Origin: an uncultured bacterium
GTDB lineage: Bacteria; Zixibacteria; MSB-5A5; UBA10806
Assembly: GCA_965541585.1 (NCBI GenBank)
Contig: CBEUCH010000003.1
Location: 64,001-128,000, forward strand
Direction: 5' to 3'
Length of the DNA: 64,000 nucleotides
Below the pieces are notes generated by a model, which was not told the origin of the DNA, made no database searches, and worked only from the letters and a program-made list of their open reading frames with translations. Shown here one piece after another: positions 8,771 through 17,086 of the stretch. Each line of letters opens with the position of its first letter. Within the stretch, counting starts at the first letter, position 1. Position numbers and translations under genes: made by a program.

Positions 8771-11119
8771 ATGGCCGGTTTCGGATCCATAGATGGACTT
8801 ATCTCAGGCTTAGATACGACCAGCATCATAGACAATATTATCAAATTCGAGCACAGGCAGGTCGACATTTATCTGGCTCGCCAGGCCGGATACGCTCAAA
8901 AGCTGACCACCTGGCAAACGATCAATAGTTTCCTTCTGGCCTTTAAGACGCAGGCCGATGTCCTCTCGAAACCCACGCTCTGGGGTTCCAAGACCGTCAC
9001 CTCCTCCGATGAAAATATGATAGTTGCCACGGCGAGCAATAGCTCGGCCATCGGAACCTATTTCATCTCGGTCGATCAACTGGCCCAGAATCAACAGATC
9101 GCCAGCCAGGGATATTCATCAGGTTCGGCTATACTCGGTATAGGCACGGTAGATGTATCCGTTGCCGGTGGAACTCCCACGACTATCACACTTGAGGCAG
9201 GTCAGAATTCTCTTGAGTCGTTAAAGAATGCGATAAACGACGCAGGCGCCGGAATTACCGCGGCCATCGTAAACGATGGTTCCTCCAGCACGCCGTATCG
9301 GCTGATTCTAACATCGAACCAGACCGGTGCTGATAACGTCATATCAGTCAGCTCCAGCCTTACCGGCGGCCAGGCTCCTGATTTTACAACCAGCTATTTC
9401 GACGCTGCTGAAAAAATAGATTGGTCGTCGGAAGCGACATCAAATCCCTCTCTGGGATCCACGGCAAGCTATACGGGAAGCAATAATAAGACATATACAT
9501 TCACGGTGCAGGGGACAGGTGCGCAAACCATCGGCGGCGGTCCGATAACAATCGACTGGACCGATGGAACCAACTCCGGTACCGTTACGGTAAACAACGC
9601 CGACGAGGAGATAGCGCTCACCGGCGACGGTGCCGACGGTCTCACGGTATCATTCTCAGCAGGCGATCTTGTCGCCGACGATACCTTCCAGGTTCAAGCC
9701 TTAGCCCCGGTTATTCAGGCTGGCCAGGATGCCATCCTGAGGCTCGGTGGCGGCGGATCGGGCGGCTCTCCCATCATCGTAACATCTCCCGGTAATACGA
9801 TAACCAGTCTCATCGATGGCATAACGCTGAATATTAAGGGTATCACATCCGAGCCGGTTCAGATCACCGTTGAGCAAAATAATTCGAGCATCGTCTCGAC
9901 AGTTCAGGAATTTATCAACAAGTATAACGGATTTGCAGATTTTGTCGATCAACAGCTCGATTACAATGCGGATACGGGAACTGCGGGAGTTCTTCTCGGT
10001 GAGTCATCTCTGATAAACCTGCTGACCGATGTGAGATCGAGTATCATGGGAAGAGTTTCCGGTCTGATGGGAGATCTAACGAAGTTATCTGATATCGGAA
10101 TAAAGTTCAACTTCCAGGGCGAGCTTCAACTCGACTCCTCGATTTTTAACGCTAAGCTCGAAGAAGATCCCGATGAGGTCAGAAGATTATTACAGGCATC
10201 CGGATCAACGGATAACGGGTATATTAAGTTTCTATCATCGGGTTTCAAGGCAGTTCCGACTTCGAGCGGTTACGATATCGATATCACGCAGGCTGCGCTC
10301 CAGGGTATGTTTGAGGCGGGTATCATCGCCGATCCCGAGGATACCAACCTCGTTTTGACCTCCGGCAACAACAACATCCAGATCAAAGTAAACGGCTTGC
10401 TGTCGTCGGTTATCAGTCTCGAGGCAAAGACTTATACAAGCGGCGATGAACTTGCGCAGGAGATCGAGAGTAAAATCAACGCTGACGAAACGCTGGGATC
10501 GAATGATATCGAGGTCACTTGGGTCGATCAGGGAACCAGCGGCTATCTGCAGATAACATCCACTATCTGGGGGGGCAATTCAAAAGTCGAAATAGAAACA
10601 ACTCCATCGGCCAGCGCTCACAGCATTCTGGGTTTTTCCAATGGCGTCTCCACGGACGGTCAGGATGTTGAGGGGACTATCAACGGAGAACCTGCTACCG
10701 GTGTCGGCCAGATTCTGACCGGCGACGACGATAACGACAATACTGCCGGACTCAAGCTAAGAATCAACCTTGCTTCGGATCAGGTGATCGACGGCGCCGA
10801 GGGGAAGGTTTTCTTAACCAAAGGGATTGCTGCCATATTATCCGAAAAGATAGATAATTATACGGATGCCAGCGTCGGTATCCTGAGTTCCAGAACGAAA
10901 TCAATCACCAGGCAAATAGACAATCTAAAGGAGCAGATAGACAGGATGGAAGAACAACTCGAAAGAAAGAGGGCCAGTCTTTACAGGGAGTTTATGGCCA
11001 TGGAGGAAGCCTTGGGCAAGTTGCAGAGCCAGCAAATGTATCTGTCCGCTGCGATTGCCAGCATGGACCGGCTTTCTGCAGCTTCCTCGGGCAGGGGTAG
11101 CTCCTTGTTCGGAGCATAA
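8771..11119 (+). CDS. fliD: Flagellar filament cap protein FliD (enlarged)
   Basis: N-terminus GLISGLDTTSIIDNI, then VDQLAQ, AINDAGAGITAAIVNDG..YRLILTS..TG, AGQDA..NTITSLIDGITLN, LSDIGI..GELQLD, and a C-terminal coiled coil QIDRMEEQLERKRASLYREFMAME. Confidence 0.95.
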   Translation: MAGFGSIDGLISGLDTTSIIDNIIKFEHRQVDIYLARQAGYAQKLTTWQTINSFLLAFKTQADVLSKPTLWGSKTVTSSDENMIVATASNSSAIGTYFISVDQLAQNQQIASQGYSSGSAILGIGTVDVSVAGGTPTTITLEAGQNSLESLKNAINDAGAGITAAIVNDGSSSTPYRLILTSNQTGADNVISVSSSLTGGQAPDFTTSYFDAAEKIDWSSEATSNPSLGSTASYTGSNNKTYTFTVQGTGAQTIGGGPITIDWTDGTNSGTVTVNNADEEIALTGDGADGLTVSFSAGDLVADDTFQVQALAPVIQAGQDAILRLGGGGSGGSPIIVTSPGNTITSLIDGITLNIKGITSEPVQITVEQNNSSIVSTVQEFINKYNGFADFVDQQLDYNADTGTAGVLLGESSLINLLTDVRSSIMGRVSGLMGDLTKLSDIGIKFNFQGELQLDSSIFNAKLEEDPDEVRRLLQASGSTDNGYIKFLSSGFKAVPTSSGYDIDITQAALQGMFEAGIIADPEDTNLVLTSGNNNIQIKVNGLLSSVISLEAKTYTSGDELAQEIESKINADETLGSNDIEVTWVDQGTSGYLQITSTIWGGNSKVEIETTPSASAHSILGFSNGVSTDGQDVEGTINGEPATGVGQILTGDDDNDNTAGLKLRINLASDQVIDGAEGKVFLTKGIAAILSEKIDNYTDASVGILSSRTKSITRQIDNLKEQIDRMEEQLERKRASLYREFMAMEEALGKLQSQQMYLSAAIASMDRLSAASSGRGSSLFGA

Positions 11120-11140
11120 GCGAATAAGAAGGGACGGGAT

Positions 11141-11575
11141 GTGACGAAAAAGGACATCAACAAATATCTGGAAATGAAAATCTCCAATATGGGCCAGAAG
11201 GAACTTATCGTATTCCTGTATGAATCGGCGATCAACTTAATGGAGGAAGCTAAGGTTACCATAAACAAAGGCGACGTGCCCGAAACCCACCAGCGTCTTA
11301 ACCGTGCCAGGAATATATTTCTGCATCTTCTATCTACTCTTAATCTGGAAGCCGGGGGAGATTTCGCAAAAAAACTATCCGCGCTTTATTCTTACTTCGT
11401 CGAAAAAATAACCATGGCCAATAGCACCAATGACATCCAGGAACTCGATGATATCATTCCAATTGTTAACGATATCAAAGAGGCCTGGCAGAATTTGGAA
11501 TTGGATGCTGACGATGATAATTCTCCGCAGAATAACAATTCAGGGATTTATAAGTTTATTTCCATGGAGGTATGA
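11141..11575 (+). CDS. fliS: Flagellin export chaperone FliS
   Basis: ELIVFLYESAI..RARNIFLHLLSTLNLEAGGDFAKKLSALYSY..IKEAW, located after fliD. Confidence 0.92.
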   Translation: MTKKDINKYLEMKISNMGQKELIVFLYESAINLMEEAKVTINKGDVPETHQRLNRARNIFLHLLSTLNLEAGGDFAKKLSALYSYFVEKITMANSTNDIQELDDIIPIVNDIKEAWQNLELDADDDNSPQNNNSGIYKFISMEV

Positions 11576-12018
11576 TGAAGAGTTGTGCCGATAAATTTAT
11601 GAGCCTCCTGGAGTCCAAATGCGATCTTTTCAAGAAAATGCAAACGCTGTTTCTTGAGCAAAAGGAACTTCTCGAAAAAAACGATATTGCCGGTTTTAAC
11701 GATAGATGCGACGATGGCGACAAGATAGTGGCTGCTTTGAAAGATATAGACTACGAAATCGCACGCCTGGAGTCAACCGCCGGACTTACTGAGAAAGCGA
11801 AAGAGAACCATGATGCCGGAAGATTGAAAAACCTGCTTGATAAGGCGACTGGCTATGCCCGGAAAAACGAAACGGTGGCCCGCGAGTTGGCTGCCTGTCT
11901 TACGGGAGCGCATCAGGAGATCAGGGAAAAGCTGGAAGGTACCGTTTCGATGAGCCAGGTCGGCGGATACAGGCCGTTTTCCGCGAATTCCCCCATTTAT
12001 GTTGACAAACGAAACTAA
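11575..12018 (+). CDS. FlgN/FliT-like flagellar export chaperone
   Basis: All-helical protein after fliS with a C-terminal GY...IYVDKR tail typical of FlgN/FliT-like proteins. The start is ATG 11572 or 11575. Confidence 0.6.
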   Translation: MKSCADKFMSLLESKCDLFKKMQTLFLEQKELLEKNDIAGFNDRCDDGDKIVAALKDIDYEIARLESTAGLTEKAKENHDAGRLKNLLDKATGYARKNETVARELAACLTGAHQEIREKLEGTVSMSQVGGYRPFSANSPIYVDKRN

Positions 12019-12043
12019 TGTTTTCAGCTCTTTCTACCGATAA
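12016..12043 (+). promoter_or_regulatory. sigma28-like promoter of the flgM-like gene
   Basis: TAAT-N16-ACCGATAA. Confidence 0.55.
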
Positions 12044-12064
12044 CAGATATAGGGATGTTATATA

Positions 12065-12571
12065 ATGAAAATTCGATTTGACTCTCCTCTTCCACACCCC
12101 GATAATGGAAAGGGACCAAAAAAAGATTCTCGAGTCGGCAAGCAAGACCAGACCGACCGGATCGAAATATCTTCCGGGAAAAAGCCCGAGGCAACTTATA
12201 CAAACAGGGTCTCCGTCAGCAGGCTATTGAGAAATGATGAATCTCGGATTGAACACCCCACATCCCGGATTTCAAGATTTCGTCTTTATACATATGAAAA
12301 TATAACAGGCAAAAACAAATTCCCTGATCTGGAGTCTGGCCCTCGTATTGTACAACCCGCTCCGGATCGAATCGAATCATCTCCGGGCACGAAACCGATT
12401 GATGTCCCGTCAAATGGCGGTCGCGCTGAAAAGTTGGCAGAAGTGCGATTGAAAATCGCTACCGGATATTATAACAATCCTGAGCACATTGAGCAGCTGG
12501 CCGACAAGCTGATAGACGAGCTTCACATAGGAAACGAGAGGGGATCTGGCGATGCTTCCCATAACCGTTGA
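12065..12571 (+). CDS. flgM: Anti-sigma28 factor FlgM-like protein (extended)
   Basis: DRIEISS near the N-terminus and C-terminal RAEKLAEVRLKIATGYY..EQLADKLI match FlgM motifs. Flagellar context supports the call. Confidence 0.65.
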   Translation: MKIRFDSPLPHPDNGKGPKKDSRVGKQDQTDRIEISSGKKPEATYTNRVSVSRLLRNDESRIEHPTSRISRFRLYTYENITGKNKFPDLESGPRIVQPAPDRIESSPGTKPIDVPSNGGRAEKLAEVRLKIATGYYNNPEHIEQLADKLIDELHIGNERGSGDASHNR

Positions 12572-13448
12572 TAATGAAAAGAAGATAAAACTCGTTGTTG
12601 GAAAGATCCACAATCTGCCGACGCCTCCCATCGTATTCACCCAGATCACCAGAGTTATCAATGATCCCAATACCTCGGCCTACGGAATTGCCTCTATAAT
12701 ATCGGAGGATCCGGCCCTGACCGCCAAGGTCCTGAAGTTAACGAATTCATCGTTCTACGGGATTCCCAGGACCATCACTAACGTCAAGCAGGCGATTGTA
12801 ATCCTCGGCCTGGAAGCCATAAAATCACTGGTGATCTCGGCTTCGGTCTTCGAAATGTTCTCTAAAAACTCAAAACTCGATATCGATTACCTCGAACGCT
12901 TCTGGAGGCATTCTCTTTCGGTAGCCCTGATATCCAGGATTATCTGCCGGACAAGGAAACTGCCGTCGCTTCAGGAAGCAGAACTCAGCTTTTCAGCAGG
13001 GCTTTTGCACGATATCGGCAAGCTGATTATAATCTCGCATCTTCCTAACGAACATGAACAAATAGTTCGGTTGCTCGAGAGTGACCGGGATTGTCCCGAA
13101 TATGGCGCCGAAGATAGAATCCTGGGCTTTACTCATGCGGATATTGGAAGCTATCTCACGGCCAAATGGAATCTGCCCGAAACGATTTGCTTGGCGATAT
13201 TGAATCATCACGATAGCCAGGCCCTGTCAGAGGAAAAAAGCGCTGCTCTGATCCACCTGTCCGATAACCTGTCCTATCAGATGGAAGTTGAAGACGGTCA
13301 TTCTCCAGAAAATATGAGTCCCTTTCATGAGGTCGTCTGGGATACGCTCGAATTGGCCCCGGACTCGGGAGCCAAGCTGATGGATATGCTGAAAGACGAA
13401 TACACGAAAGCCGAGACATTCCTGAAAATGGCCCACGGCGCTTCTTAG
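12552..13448 (+). CDS. HDOD-domain protein
   Basis: [61 protein letters not shown]. Confidence 0.93.
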   Translation: MLPITVDNEKKIKLVVGKIHNLPTPPIVFTQITRVINDPNTSAYGIASIISEDPALTAKVLKLTNSSFYGIPRTITNVKQAIVILGLEAIKSLVISASVFEMFSKNSKLDIDYLERFWRHSLSVALISRIICRTRKLPSLQEAELSFSAGLLHDIGKLIIISHLPNEHEQIVRLLESDRDCPEYGAEDRILGFTHADIGSYLTAKWNLPETICLAILNHHDSQALSEEKSAALIHLSDNLSYQMEVEDGHSPENMSPFHEVVWDTLELAPDSGAKLMDMLKDEYTKAETFLKMAHGAS

Positions 13449-13522
13449 CAGATTTACCACCGTCGAATCCCGCTGAACATTGACTTATTCTGATATCCAT
13501 GGCGATATTCCTCATTTTTTTC

Positions 13523-13551
13523 TTGCCCATCATATTTGGCGGGGATATATT
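13523..13551 (+). promoter_or_regulatory. sigma70-like promoter upstream of tRNA-Val/thrS
   Basis: TTGCCC-N17-TATATT. Confidence 0.45.
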
Positions 13552-13696
13552 TGCAATGATCGATCCGGCTGTATAGCCGGGGGAGATGAGGGTGCATCAA
13601 GACCGCAGGAGATAGAAACTCATATCTGCGGATTTCGGCGGAAAATGGCCGCACCCCTCTTATAGTTATTGATGAAAGGCCGATCTTACTAAAGTA

Positions 13697-13773
13697 GGGC
13701 GATTAGCTCAGATGGTTAGAGTACTTGCTTGACATGCAAGGGGTCACTGGTTCAATTCCAGTATCGCCCACCA
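13697..13773 (+). tRNA. tRNA-Val(GAC)
   Basis: Acceptor stem GGGCGAT/ATCGCCC, anticodon arm CTTGC-TT GAC AT-GCAAG, T loop GGTTCAATTCC, encoded CCA. Confidence 0.97.
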
Positions 13774-13854
13774 TTTTAGAGGAGGAGCGGCAGTTAATCT
13801 TCAAAGATGATAGATTATTGATGGCTGCTCCTCCAGGGTAGTCTATTTTTATTT

Positions 13855-15795
13855 ATGGCGAAAATGAAAATTAAATTTCCCGACCAGTCGACAAAGGATT
13901 TTGACGGCCCGCTGACTCCTGCGGAGATCGCAAAGTCGATCTCCAACAGTCTGGCCAAAAGGGCTCTGGTTGCAGTTGTCGACGGAAGGGTGGTCGATCT
14001 CTCATATCCGATCTCCCGTGATAGCTCCGTTAGAATTCTCACCTTTGACGATCCGGAAGGAAGAGAAATTTTCTGGCATTCGTCGGCCCACCTTATGGCA
14101 TCGGCGGTTCTGGAGCTTTTCCCCGAAGCTAAACTGGCCATCGGCCCCGCCATACCGGACGATTTCTCTTCTCGATTCTACTATGACCTGGATCTGCAGC
14201 ACAAGCTGACGGACAAAGATCTGAATGCCATCGAAAAAAAGATGCAGCAGATCGTTAAGAAAAACCATCCCTTCACGAGAAGCGAGAAAAGCAGGGTGGA
14301 AGCGATCGCCGAATTCGGAAAAGAGAATGATATTTATAAGGCCGAGATGGCCTCCGAAATGGAGGATCAGAACGTCAGCTTTTACTCCCACGGTGATTTC
14401 GTTGATATGTGCCGGGGGCCGCATATCCCTGCCACAGGGCTCATCAAGGCCATAAGACTCCTTTCGGTTGCGGGTGCATACTGGCGCGGCGATGAAAACA
14501 AAAAAATGCTCCAGCGAATCTATGGGGTTGCCTTTCCAGAGAAAAAGATGCTCGACGAGCACCTCGAAAGAATCGAGGAGGCTAAAAAGAGGGATCATCG
14601 TTTCCTGGGGCGCGACCTCGACCTGTATTCTATAGCAGATTCTGTTGGTTCGGGCCTGGTGTTGTGGCATCCTCGAGGCTCGCTGATAAGACATATAATA
14701 GAGTCTTTCTGGACGGAGGAGCATTTCAAGAACGGCTACGAAATCGTTTATACACCTCATATAGCCAAGCTCGATCTCTGGCGTAAATCGGGGCATACCG
14801 ACTTCTACTCGGAAAGTATGTATGCTCCCATGCCGATAGAGGATGTCGAATACGAAATCAAACCGATGAATTGCCCTTTCCATATCCAGATCTATCGTTC
14901 GAGAACCAGAAGCTATCGCGACCTGCCGATCAGATGGGCCGAACTCGGCACGGTTTACCGCTACGAACGTTCGGGAGTTCTTCACGGGCTTATGCGGGTG
15001 CGTGGTTTTACACAGGACGATGCCCATATCTTCTGCCGGCCGGATCAACTGGAGGAGGAGTTGGTGAGGACCATCGAGTTCAACCTTTTCTTCTTACGGA
15101 CATTCGGTTTTTCCGAATATGATGTTTACCTGTCGACCAGGCCGGAAAAGTATGTCGGCACCATTGAGGGCTGGGATCGGGCTACGGACGCTTTGAAGAC
15201 GGCCCTGGAGAAAACGGAGTTGGACTATAAGATCGATCCGGGCGAGGGCGTCTTTTATGGCCCTAAAATCGATATTAAAATCAAGGATAATCTCGGACGT
15301 TCCTGGCAGTGTACCACCATTCAGGTCGATTTTAATCTTCCGGAGCGGTTCGGAATCGAATATATTGCAGAAGGTGGCTCCCGCGAGCAGCCGATCATGA
15401 TACACAGGGCGCTTCTGGGATCTATTGAACGTTTCTTCGGTGTTCTGATAGAGCAATATGCCGGAAACTTTCCTGTCTGGCTGGCGCCCGAGCAGATACG
15501 CGTCTTGACCGTTACGGATCAATGGAGCCGGTACGCCGAGGACGTTGCCAGAGAGTTCAGGGAGGCCGGGCTAAGGGTTGGAATAGATCTTTCAAGCGAG
15601 AAAATCGGTAAGAAAATTCGAAACGCTGAAAATATGAAGATCCCGTACATGGCTGTAGTGGGCAAGAATGAGGCCGATGATAAGGGAGTCTCGTTGCGAA
15701 AACACAGGGTGGGGGATATGGGCGGACATTCCATAGACCAGGCCATAAAAATGCTTAAATCTGAAGAGAGTTCGAAGAAAATAGATTCCCAATAA
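13855..15795 (+). CDS. thrS: Threonine-tRNA ligase
   Basis: TGS domain, HSSAHLM, DMCRGPH, GAYWRGD, RDHR, KPMNCP, GLMRVRGFTQDDAH, FYGPKID, MIHRALLGSIERF. Confidence 0.99.
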   Translation: MAKMKIKFPDQSTKDFDGPLTPAEIAKSISNSLAKRALVAVVDGRVVDLSYPISRDSSVRILTFDDPEGREIFWHSSAHLMASAVLELFPEAKLAIGPAIPDDFSSRFYYDLDLQHKLTDKDLNAIEKKMQQIVKKNHPFTRSEKSRVEAIAEFGKENDIYKAEMASEMEDQNVSFYSHGDFVDMCRGPHIPATGLIKAIRLLSVAGAYWRGDENKKMLQRIYGVAFPEKKMLDEHLERIEEAKKRDHRFLGRDLDLYSIADSVGSGLVLWHPRGSLIRHIIESFWTEEHFKNGYEIVYTPHIAKLDLWRKSGHTDFYSESMYAPMPIEDVEYEIKPMNCPFHIQIYRSRTRSYRDLPIRWAELGTVYRYERSGVLHGLMRVRGFTQDDAHIFCRPDQLEEELVRTIEFNLFFLRTFGFSEYDVYLSTRPEKYVGTIEGWDRATDALKTALEKTELDYKIDPGEGVFYGPKIDIKIKDNLGRSWQCTTIQVDFNLPERFGIEYIAEGGSREQPIMIHRALLGSIERFFGVLIEQYAGNFPVWLAPEQIRVLTVTDQWSRYAEDVAREFREAGLRVGIDLSSEKIGKKIRNAENMKIPYMAVVGKNEADDKGVSLRKHRVGDMGGHSIDQAIKMLKSEESSKKIDSQ

Positions 15796-15815
15796 TTTTT
15801 ACTGGAGGTAAGAGA

Positions 15816-16340
15816 ATAGCACAGGAAACATTCACTAAGAGAAATCGAAGGATCAGGGTGCCCGAGGTCAGGTTGATTGACCATGACGGTACCCAGGTAG
15901 GCATCGTCCCGACATCCCGCGCCCTTGAAATCGCTATCGATAAGGGCCTGGATCTGGTGGAGGTCGCCGCCAAAGCTAATCCGCCGGTCTGTAAGATAAT
16001 GGACTATGGCAAATATCTGTACGAGAATTCGAAGAAGGCTAAGGCAGCCAAAAAGAAACAACATCAGGTTCACTTAAAGGAGATGCGTTTCAGGCCCAAA
16101 ACCGAGGAGCATGATTATCAGTTTAAACTAAAACATGTCCGCGAGTTCTTGGAACAGGGAGCCAAGGTAAAGACCTTCATCATTTTCAGAGGGCGCGAAA
16201 TGGCCCATAAGGAGATGGGCTATAGAATCCTGGACCGGTTGAAAGTAGATCTGGCGGATATGGCCGAACCGGAATCGGAATCGAAAATGGAAGGGCGGCA
16301 TCTTTCTCTGATGTTTATGCCTACGCTCAAGAAAAAATAA
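15816..16340 (+). CDS. infC: Translation initiation factor IF-3, probable non-canonical ATA start
   Basis: EVRLID..GLDLVEV..PPVCKIMDYGK..KEMRFRPK..HDY..FRGREM. The in-frame extension ATA(15816)-AQETFTKRNRRIR supplies the conserved N..IR motif and sits 6 nt after SD GGAGGT. Confidence 0.95.
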   Translation: MAQETFTKRNRRIRVPEVRLIDHDGTQVGIVPTSRALEIAIDKGLDLVEVAAKANPPVCKIMDYGKYLYENSKKAKAAKKKQHQVHLKEMRFRPKTEEHDYQFKLKHVREFLEQGAKVKTFIIFRGREMAHKEMGYRILDRLKVDLADMAEPESESKMEGRHLSLMFMPTLKKK

Positions 16341-16389
16341 GAATTATCCGGTCTAGACGGGCCTTCTGAGAAACGAAGATAGATTTTTG

Positions 16390-16418
16390 TTGCATGCCGG
16401 GCTCGGATATTATATAGT
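16390..16418 (+). promoter_or_regulatory. sigma70-like promoter upstream of rpmI
   Basis: TTGCAT-N17-TATAGT. Confidence 0.5.
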
Positions 16419-16438
16419 ATCGGTTTAGAGGAGATCTG

Positions 16439-16633
16439 ATGCCAAAGATAAAGACCAATAGATCAGCAGCCAAGAGGTTTAAGAAGACAGGGACCGGCAA
16501 GATCAAGAGGCGCAAGCCGTTCGCCGGTCATATACTTACGAAGAAAACCACCAAGCGAAAACGCAACCTGCGTCAATCGACTCTGGTTCATAAGAGCGAT
16601 GAGGGACGTGTTAACAGGATGATACCGTACTGA
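16439..16633 (+). CDS. rpmI: 50S ribosomal protein L35
   Basis: [37 protein letters not shown]. Confidence 0.98.
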   Translation: MPKIKTNRSAAKRFKKTGTGKIKRRKPFAGHILTKKTTKRKRNLRQSTLVHKSDEGRVNRMIPY

Positions 16634-16661
16634 GGCAAATCCGTCCGGTACTGGAGTAATT

Positions 16662-17012
16662 ATGCCAAAGGTAAGAAACAAAGTAGCTGCACACCGGCGG
16701 CACCGAAAGGTATTGAGTGCCGCCCGAGGTAATTACGGTGGACGCAGCAGGTTGTACAGGACAGCCCGCGAGACAGTTCAGAAAGGGCTGGCCTATGCAT
16801 ATCGCGATAGACGGAATAGGAAAAGGGATTTTAGAAGATTGTGGATAATCAGGATTAACGCCGCTGCCAGGCAAAACGGCATGTCATATTCAACATTTAT
16901 TTTCAATTTGAAAAAAGCCGGCGTTGACTTGAATAGGAAAATGCTTGCTGATATAGCGGCCAGAGATTCGGCGGCTTTTAAGGAGTTGGCGAAACTGGCC
17001 AGCAGCGGGTGA
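16662..17012 (+). CDS. rplT: 50S ribosomal protein L20
   Basis: [39 protein letters not shown]. Confidence 0.98.
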   Translation: MPKVRNKVAAHRRHRKVLSAARGNYGGRSRLYRTARETVQKGLAYAYRDRRNRKRDFRRLWIIRINAAARQNGMSYSTFIFNLKKAGVDLNRKMLADIAARDSAAFKELAKLASSG

Positions 17013-17086
17013 TCCCTACCGCGTCTTTGCGTTGTCACCTATAATCTACCTGGCGGGCTTTGGGAGCAAAAGCCCGTCTTGACATT

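Noticed and set aside
13454..13665. Short ORFs on both strands between the HDOD gene and tRNA-Val
   Set aside because: No convincing SD or protein features. The region is better explained as a promoter plus structured RNA.
13449..13854. T-box riboswitch upstream of thrS
   Set aside because: No T-box bulge sequence (GGTGGNACC) or terminator/antiterminator pair was seen. A tRNA gene occupies the region.
14002..15048. 348-aa minus-strand ORF, and similar antisense ORFs such as 1190-1930, 18903-19553, 50120-50851, 51450-52049, 54990-55613 and 56270-56974
   Set aside because: They overlap strongly conserved genes on the opposite strand and show no recognisable motifs, so they are treated as shadow ORFs.
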